DNA of 6,260 bases from a virus. The notes below the pieces were generated by a model. The model worked only from the letters and a program-made list of their open reading frames with translations. It ran no database searches and was not told the DNA's origin. A program made the position numbers and the translations under genes. Of this stretch, positions 1-4,773 are shown in pieces (the stretch's first letter is position 1; every line of letters starts with the position of its first letter). The stretch lies in IMG/VR virus record IMGVR_UViG_3300045988_004286, positions 1-6,260 of that record; one strand, given 5' to 3'.

Positions 1-99
1 CAGAACGGAAGAATCCAAAAGAATTCAACAATGAAGAAGTAGTATTACCAGGGTTTGAAGAAGCTCCATTCAAAGAAGTCAAAACGCCAGAAAAAAAAG
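1..99. repeat. Terminal redundancy, copy 1 (identical to 6162..6260); overlap of a circular contig
   Basis: Base-by-base comparison shows 1..99 (cagaacggaagaatcc...cgccagaaaaaaaag) equals 6162..6260 exactly. The capsid reading frame runs through the junction without interruption. Confidence 0.97.
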
Positions 100-460
100 A
101 CAAAGGCAAAGACGGCAAATAAGTACCAAGAGACAAATTCTGAGTCAAAGACAAAGATTGAACCTGGTTGATGTCCTGCATTTGAGTCAACACGGAAGGC
201 GCAGACTTCCAAAGAAGACGCAACGGCACAGCATAGAAATCAAAATATTCACGCAAACGGGTATAAGCAGAAGTCTCAACGGGCTGAGTACGGGTAAAAT
301 ACTCAACATTGAACTTATACTTATCACCAGGCATAGAAATATCCCAGTAAACGGGAAGAAGCTCACCAACTTTCGCAGTAAACGCATTTTTACGTCCAAT
401 ATCAAATCCAGAACGGTGAGGACGATTCTGAAGATTGGACATTCCGGTGTAAGAAGCCAT
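1..460 (-). CDS. VP1: Major capsid protein (VP1 / phiX F-like), 5' part. ATG at 460..458; the frame continues across the circular junction into 6161..4774. Full gene is join(460..1, 6161..4774), 1848 nt, 615 aa.
   Basis: Hand translation of the minus strand from 460 has no stop down to position 1: MASYTGMSNLQNRPHRSGFDIGRKNAFTAKVGELLPVYWDISMPGDKYKFNVEYFTRTQPVETSAYTRLREYFDFYAVPLRLLWKSAPSVLTQMQDINQVQSLSLTQNLSLGTYLPSLPLSFFSGVLTSLNGA... This overlaps in frame with the track ORF 4774..6243, since (460-82) is divisible by 3. The pattern RSGFD..TAKVGELLP..PGD..R..P......R...FFxVP.R..W is the N-terminal signature I recognise from microvirus F/VP1 capsids. The ORF is missing from the track because it runs off the window edge. 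Confidence 0.93.
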   Translation of the reverse strand, partial: MASYTGMSNLQNRPHRSGFDIGRKNAFTAKVGELLPVYWDISMPGDKYKFNVEYFTRTQPVETSAYTRLREYFDFYAVPLRLLWKSAPSVLTQMQDINQVQSLSLTQNLSLGTYLPSLPLSFFSGVLTSLNGASSNPGNTTSSLLNSFGFFRS

Positions 461-492
461 AAAAAAATATTTAAAAATTAAACATCAGACTC

Positions 493-2184
493 TCAATAAG
501 AAAAAACGCCAGCTAAATCGTTAGCCCTCTTGTGTTTGACCTTATCTCGACATTTCATCAATGACGCAGCAGCCAAGCGACGAACAAGAGGGAGTTTTTC
601 ATAGGGTCTTTCCTTATCAAGAACAGTCCTATTATAACGAAAAGAATAGTTACGAAGCTCATATTCGACCAAGTCCTTATCATTAGAATCTTCCAGGGTT
701 TGGTAGAAATCTACAAGACGGTTATAGTCATAACGACTCCAAAAATCAACTATTTTCTTAGAGATGATGCGCAGGAACCTATCTCGTCCATAGAGTTCTC
801 CTCCAGGAGTGCCGCTGGACCAGAAGAGCTCCGAGCATCCGTCTGTTGAATATGTTCGAATAAATTTCGAAATTCCGAGGAAAAAGCGATAGACGCGGGA
901 GAGACGATGATTAATTTCCAAATCAACACCATCATACAAACGACATTCAGTAAGAATGAGAACATCGCTATGCGGTAAATCCTCCTTAGGAGAAAGTATA
1001 TTCCAATGTTCGTTTGATTTTCCATAATTATCTACATAATCTAAATACTGTTTACAAAAAGACAATATACTCTGTTTAGAGTCTACATTAAAAGGGTCGC
1101 AGTTCAAATCGGCACATCCGCTACGAATGACTCGTGCGGGCGCTGTGAACGCAGCAAAAAGTAGCTGGTAAACGTCCGATGAAGATTTACGAATAACGTC
1201 CGAAAATCGGGGGAATAATCGAAGGATATACGGCCAAGAAGGTTTAATTGTGCGAAACTTGCCATTGCGTTCAACGACGACTCCATCAAGGCACTTATTG
1301 GCAGCTTCATCAACTTCGGCAAGTCGTACCGTTCGAGGAAAGAGATTTGATTCTGTAAATCCAATGGAATGGAAGGACTTAGGTCGTACCACTTTTGGCA
1401 TCTGAGTATAAAAGTCGGGTAAAGCGACAAAACTGTTAAGATACGACGCAACATACAGTGCTGCGTATCCTCGCGAGAGTGACGTATCACAACGACCGTA
1501 AGACCAAGCCTTAGGTACATTTTCACAAATAGTTTCCGAGAATCGTTCGGAATTGGACAACAGTAACAAGTGCCAATGCGGGCGGAAACTGGTAGGGCCG
1601 TATTCTGATACAGCGTAGTAACGTAATTTTTCATCCGGGTAGTAACTTCTTAAACGTTTTAAAAATAAATCGAGGTCCCTATTACAAATATAAGGAATCC
1701 TATTCGGGACATTATGCTTAATCTTCTCAAGAAGAGAAAGCATATCCTTAGATTTCATAGGATAAGTAAACTTAACTTCGGGGTCCTTGAAGGTTCGCTC
1801 AACCGTAGAAGTTTTCAACTTAACAGAAGCAGTACGAGGAACGCTGCGAAAACCAAAAAGATAAGTATTAGGGTCATCAGCATCCAAGTCATTGATATCG
1901 GGTATACAGGATACATCAGCAATATCATCCGTACAAGTTTCAATAACCGAAACTTCCAAAGTAGGAAGGTAACAAGGAGCATAAGTAAGAGTAACAAAAT
2001 ATGCATAACGGAATTGAGCAGAATAAGTAGTAAGAAGGTTTGTCTGAATAGCAGAACGACGGAGAAGACAAGAGGGGCAAGAACCGCAAGGGACAACAAC
2101 GGATTCACCTGTATACTTGTTAACAACCGTACGAGGGTGCTGACAACGAGTCAACAACTTATTCTGCAATTCCTTAGTAATCAT
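493..2184 (-). CDS. VP4: Rolling-circle replication initiation protein (HUH endonuclease; VP4 / phiX A-like), 563 aa
   Basis: Motif I YFVTLTY, motif II HWHLLL (HUH) and motif III with paired tyrosines YVASY (compare phiX174 gpA YVAKY). N-terminal Cys cluster CGSCPSC as in gokusho/alpavirus VP4. ATG 2184..2182 overlaps the upstream stop (ATGA). A 32-nt AT-rich spacer separates it from the capsid ATG. Confidence 0.93.
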   Translation of the reverse strand: MITKELQNKLLTRCQHPRTVVNKYTGESVVVPCGSCPSCLLRRSAIQTNLLTTYSAQFRYAYFVTLTYAPCYLPTLEVSVIETCTDDIADVSCIPDINDLDADDPNTYLFGFRSVPRTASVKLKTSTVERTFKDPEVKFTYPMKSKDMLSLLEKIKHNVPNRIPYICNRDLDLFLKRLRSYYPDEKLRYYAVSEYGPTSFRPHWHLLLLSNSERFSETICENVPKAWSYGRCDTSLSRGYAALYVASYLNSFVALPDFYTQMPKVVRPKSFHSIGFTESNLFPRTVRLAEVDEAANKCLDGVVVERNGKFRTIKPSWPYILRLFPRFSDVIRKSSSDVYQLLFAAFTAPARVIRSGCADLNCDPFNVDSKQSILSFCKQYLDYVDNYGKSNEHWNILSPKEDLPHSDVLILTECRLYDGVDLEINHRLSRVYRFFLGISKFIRTYSTDGCSELFWSSGTPGGELYGRDRFLRIISKKIVDFWSRYDYNRLVDFYQTLEDSNDKDLVEYELRNYSFRYNRTVLDKERPYEKLPLVRRLAAASLMKCRDKVKHKRANDLAGVFSY

Positions 2185-2489
2185 TTTCTATCAGTAAAAT
2201 TAAGTTCCATCTGGCGAGGCTTACGACCACGAGCAAAAGAAACGTGAACAAATGTGCGATATTTTATGAGCTGGTCAAATTTAAAGGAAGAACCTTTAAT
2301 CCTAGAGATGAAGCCATCAACCGAAAGGTCGACAGGCTTTAAATCAATGGCATCACCGGTCAGATGCTGGGAAGTCCTAGAACCATTACATGCAATATTC
2401 TGTTCTTCAGTGCGAAAGGCAGAAGTAACAGTAAAATGAATGTTCTGACGGAGAAGCCATTCAACAAACTTCATTAAATCTGGATTCAT
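2181..2489 (-). CDS. Peptidase M15-type (LAS family, VanY/Peptidase_M15_3-like) zinc peptidoglycan peptidase, 102 aa; putative endolysin
   Basis: Translation contains SAFRTEEQN (SxxR..N block), H-x6-D (SQHLTGDAID) and a distal His (FVHVS). These are the three Zn ligands in the spacing typical of M15 D-Ala-D-Ala / L-Ala-D-Glu peptidases. No signal peptide is visible. T-ending codon bias matches the other genes. Confidence 0.8.
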   Translation of the reverse strand: MNPDLMKFVEWLLRQNIHFTVTSAFRTEEQNIACNGSRTSQHLTGDAIDLKPVDLSVDGFISRIKGSSFKFDQLIKYRTFVHVSFARGRKPRQMELNFTDRK

Positions 2490-2502
2490 AACTTACGATG
2501 AC

Positions 2503-2592
2503 TTACGAAAATATCTGAGCAATAGACGTAAGAAGACTAACAGCAGCTGCAATAACAGCAGCCCAAATCTTGGATTTAGTTTCATTTTTCAT
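2503..2592 (-). CDS. Small membrane peptide, 29 aa (MKNETKSKIWAAVIAAAVSLLTSIAQIFS); candidate holin-like or lysis-accessory protein
   Basis: Hand-translated ORF below the track length cutoff. ATG 2592..2590, TAA 2505..2503. It has a basic N-terminus followed by a 20-residue hydrophobic stretch. Codon choice (gct, gtt, att, ctt, tct) matches the phage genes. It ends 13 nt upstream of the M15 peptidase ATG and its start overlaps the preceding ORF by 11 nt. Confidence 0.5.
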   Translation of the reverse strand: MKNETKSKIWAAVIAAAVSLLTSIAQIFS

Positions 2593-2755
2593 CGGGAATA
2601 GCTTTAAAAGTTGAACAATTAGAAATGATGAGAACACAGTCCGGAGCTACGTAAGAAGTAACAAACGCGGAAATGTCCTCAACAGGGACAAGAATGGTCT
2701 CATTCTGGTTAGGGTTAGTCTTTGACTGAACAGAACACAAATAATACTTTTCCAT
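2582..2755 (-). CDS. Hypothetical protein, 57 aa (MEKYYLCSVQSKTNPNQNETILVPVEDISAFVTSYVAPDCVLIISNCSTFKAIPDEK)
   Basis: Hand-translated ORF below the track cutoff. ATG 2755..2753 is the first ATG after an in-frame TAA at 2770..2768; stop TGA at 2584..2582. Strong T-ending codon bias is like the other genes. It is the first ORF downstream of the promoter-like element. I recognise no motif in it. Confidence 0.6.
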   Translation of the reverse strand: MEKYYLCSVQSKTNPNQNETILVPVEDISAFVTSYVAPDCVLIISNCSTFKAIPDEK

Positions 2756-2797
2756 AAACTCAAAAATTTAAATTATACATTGATTTTAAAAACAACA

Positions 2798-2834
2798 CAA
2801 AGGTATAAATAAAATTTTGAGAGAACCAAACAAA
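2798..2834 (-). promoter_or_regulatory. Bacteroidetes-type promoter candidate: -33 TTTG (2830..2827; a second TTTG at 2834..2831), 21-nt spacer, -7 TACCTTTG (2805..2798)
   Basis: Minus-strand reading is caccgcTTTGTTTGgttctctcaaaattttatttaTACCTTTGtgttg. This matches the Bacteroides consensus TTTG-N19-21-TAnnTTTG. It sits in an AT-rich stretch about 43 nt upstream of the first ORF's ATG (2755). Confidence 0.45.
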
Positions 2835-3158
2835 GCGGTGTATTATTAACATAAATAAACGATAAGCTATGCGGGTGGCAGGCTGGTCTGTGAGTTTGCG
2901 CTATTTAGACAAGAGGAGACTGAAAGCTATGAGGTAAATAGCTTTCCCTTCGGGCAAACTCATGTAGGCTTCGCCAAAATATTTTTAGGGGTATAGCAGC
3001 GACGGGAGAAAGAGGCTCTCCGGGAGATTGCATACGCGTTGCAAGCATCAAGCTTCAAGGAAGGCAGTACTATAGCCTGGCGGCTCTGATTTCAGTCCTA
3101 ACGTCCCGAAATTCAGTAGGTGTATAACCACGCTACGCGCGGTGCCGGAAGTTACTCC
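2835..3158 (-). other. Non-coding, GC-enriched, hairpin-dense intergenic region; candidate complementary-strand origin (ssDNA initiation site) or structured RNA
   Basis: Stops occur in all three minus frames. GC is about 50% by hand count over 2881..3180, versus 37% in the one comparison line counted (1..60); most of the remaining sequence looks comparably AT-rich by eye. Perfect stems: 2891-2899/2954-2962 (9 bp) enclosing 2922-2930/2938-2946 (9 bp, 7-nt loop) and a mini-hairpin 2947-2953. Further stems: GGCGAAGCC mini-hairpin (viral strand, 2975..2967), palindrome AAAATATTTT 2976-2985, 3005-3009/3017-3021, 3028-3032/3040-3044, and 3086-3093/3108-3116 (8 bp plus a bulge) with a possible pseudoknot 3097-3100/3117-3120. 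Confidence 0.6.
2891..2962. repeat. Nested inverted repeats forming a three-way-junction-like fold
   Basis: tgagtttgc (2891-2899) is the exact reverse complement of gcaaactca (2954-2962). gaaagctat (2922-2930) is the exact reverse complement of atagctttc (2938-2946). Confidence 0.8.
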
Positions 3159-3197
3159 AAACAGCAAAACCCGACGCGTATCACTACGAGCCGGGTA
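3159..3197 (-). terminator. Intrinsic-terminator-like hairpin plus T-tract, about 22 nt downstream of the VP2 stop
   Basis: Minus-strand reading is ACCCGgCtCGTA-GTGA-TACGcGtCGGGT followed by TTTGCTGTTTGG. Outer stem is 3169-3173/3192-3196 (5 bp). Inner stem is 3177-3180/3185-3188 (4 bp) plus pair 3175/3190. The loop is a GNRA-type GUGA on the coding-sense strand, and a T-rich tail follows. Confidence 0.4.
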
Positions 3198-3218
3198 AAC
3201 ACACAACAAACAAAAGTA

Positions 3219-4280
3219 CTACCAGGGCAGAAAGTTTCCTATAGTATTACCGATAGAAGTACCATAATGAACAGCCTTATCAGCGTCATAATACTTGTAT
3301 TTCTTGCCTTCATTACGAGAACGATACCAGTCCTCAATGCTACGAGAACGGGCACGCTCGCGATTGAATTTAGCAGCTTCAAGCTCAAATTCAGCATTTG
3401 AATGATTAGCGGCATTAGAAGCACGAATCAAAGAATCAGCAGTAGATTCAGCGACCTTATTGCTAATTTTCTGACCTTTGGCACGGGCATAAGTCAATAC
3501 CTCATCAGCAAGAACTTTTTTGGCCTGGTTATAGTTCAAATGACCATGAGACATCTGATTATAATATTCAGAAGCCTTGACATTCAAATCAGCCTGCTGT
3601 TGCTGGTCAAGATACTTGTTAAGAACAGTCTTGGATTCAGCATCAAGCAACTGGGAGGTACCTTGTGCCTGGAGAAGACGTCCGGCAAAAGCCATATTAT
3701 CAAGTTCCTGCATTTCCTTGGAATAACCAAGCTGAGCACGAGCCAAACCGGTAGCCTTCAAGTAATCACGAGTTTCCTTAGTCATCTTGGACCAATCGAC
3801 ATTGGAGAGAGCCTGCATAGCCTGGGCATCCGCAAGGTTTTTCTGTCCTTGCAACTGTGAAACCTGGGCTTGCTGAACCTGGGACTGGAATACGGAACCG
3901 ATAGCTTGCTGAATGCCCGAAAAATCTGCCTGGAAAGGCTGCATGACAGCAGAACCGGCAGAAGAGGCAGAAGCACCGGGACCGACAGACTGGGCAACAC
4001 CGGCAGAACCACCGTTCATCATCAGATAAGGATTTAAACCGGCTTCTTCGAGACGTTGACGTTGCGCGGAGGCAGTATTATATGCATTTTCCTTATTCCA
4101 CATATTTTCCTGGAAATCGCGCTGCTGCATTGCCATACGCTCGTTAAACTGGTTGTTCATCTGATTTATCTTATAATTCATCTGGTTAGTCTCCTGGACA
4201 TTCTGTCTGTTCTGCGAGTTCTGAATAGCAGAAGAGCCAATGCCAAGAAGACCACCAGCGATAGAACCAAGAAGACCCAT
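3219..4280 (-). CDS. VP2: Minor capsid / DNA pilot protein (VP2 / phiX H-like), 353 aa
   Basis: Gly-rich hydrophobic N-terminus MGLLGSIAGGLLGIGSS. Long Gln/Asn/Ala-rich, coiled-coil-like body. The block FQENMW..NAYNTASAQRQRLEEAGLNPYLMM resembles the conserved FQE.M..TA.QR...AGLNP region I recall from microvirus VP2 proteins. ATG 4280..4278 overlaps the upstream TAA by 1 nt (TAATG). Confidence 0.82.
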   Translation of the reverse strand: MGLLGSIAGGLLGIGSSAIQNSQNRQNVQETNQMNYKINQMNNQFNERMAMQQRDFQENMWNKENAYNTASAQRQRLEEAGLNPYLMMNGGSAGVAQSVGPGASASSAGSAVMQPFQADFSGIQQAIGSVFQSQVQQAQVSQLQGQKNLADAQAMQALSNVDWSKMTKETRDYLKATGLARAQLGYSKEMQELDNMAFAGRLLQAQGTSQLLDAESKTVLNKYLDQQQQADLNVKASEYYNQMSHGHLNYNQAKKVLADEVLTYARAKGQKISNKVAESTADSLIRASNAANHSNAEFELEAAKFNRERARSRSIEDWYRSRNEGKKYKYYDADKAVHYGTSIGNTIGNFLPW

Positions 4281-4759
4281 TATTCAGAAGGAGCAGCTTC
4301 GGCGGAAGCAGCAGCCGCCTCTTCTTCTTGTTTAGAGATTTCAGCATCAATCAATTCCTGTGCCTGGGACTCAAGATTTTCAGCATAAGCCGACAATTCC
4401 TTAGACCAAGCGATAATCTCAGAAGGGGCCTGGACATGCCGAGAACGAACTACTGACAAAAGGTCATCATCAGACATCCTGTCCATAATCTGTTGAACCT
4501 GGGAAACAGACTGCTTACTTTGTCCAAACTTGGAGGCAACAGCAAAACCGGCACGGGAAGCCAAATCCTTGGTATGAAGAATCAGACGAACGTCAGAAGT
4601 GTAACGCACCGGACAATCTTCTTCATTATCATAAATTTCAACACGAAGCTGTTCGGTAGAATCAAATTCGGGAGCAACTGCAAAAGCATCCGGAACAACA
4701 TTAGGAGTAAGTCCGGAACCTTGTTCCAAACTATTCAAACTATTAAATTTTCCAATCAT
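4280..4759 (-). CDS. Acidic 159-aa protein; putative internal scaffolding protein (VP3-like), function uncertain
   Basis: ORF lies between the capsid and pilot genes, 14 nt after the capsid stop. It is Asp/Glu-rich with a C-terminal EEEAAAASAEAAPSE tail and has phage-typical codon bias. The function is assigned from position and acidity only, not from a recognised motif. Confidence 0.75.
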   Translation of the reverse strand: MIGKFNSLNSLEQGSGLTPNVVPDAFAVAPEFDSTEQLRVEIYDNEEDCPVRYTSDVRLILHTKDLASRAGFAVASKFGQSKQSVSQVQQIMDRMSDDDLLSVVRSRHVQAPSEIIAWSKELSAYAENLESQAQELIDAEISKQEEEAAAASAEAAPSE

Positions 4760-4773
4760 AACTAAAACGAAAT

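Noticed and set aside
91-98. A8 run (T8 on the coding strand) inside the capsid gene at the end of the contig overlap; possible slippage or frameshift site, or a homopolymer sequencing error
   Set aside because: The frame is intact through it (TCT TTT TTT TCT = S-F-F-S) and gives a full-length capsid protein. Nothing suggests programmed slippage.
2905-3033. 42-aa minus-strand ORF inside the intergenic region (MQSPGEPLSPVAAIPLKIFWRSLHEFARRESYLPHSFQSPLV)
   Set aside because: It uses codons rare in the real genes (cga, agg, cta, ata) and lacks the T-ending bias. It coincides with the strongest hairpins. It is more likely a chance open frame in structured DNA.
2866-3080. 9-mers shared between the intergenic region and coding regions (gctatgcgg at 967 and 2866; atagcctgg at 3072 and 3817)
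   Set aside because: About 380 x 5800 / 4^9, or roughly 8, such matches are expected by chance, so they carry no information.
3086-3120. Anticodon-loop-like CTGAAAT / CTGAATT motifs, considered as a tRNA or a tRNA-derived attP
   Set aside because: No T-arm (GGTTCGAATCC-like sequence), acceptor stem or cloverleaf can be assembled on either strand. The segment folds better as a simple bulged hairpin.
3211-3218. Second TAnnTTTG match (TACTTTTG on the minus strand) immediately after the VP2 stop, which could have driven transcription of the structured region as an ncRNA
   Set aside because: No TTTG lies at the -33 spacing; the nearest is CTTTC only 11 nt upstream. The terminator-like hairpin follows within about 15 nt. 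A few chance matches are expected on this T-rich strand.
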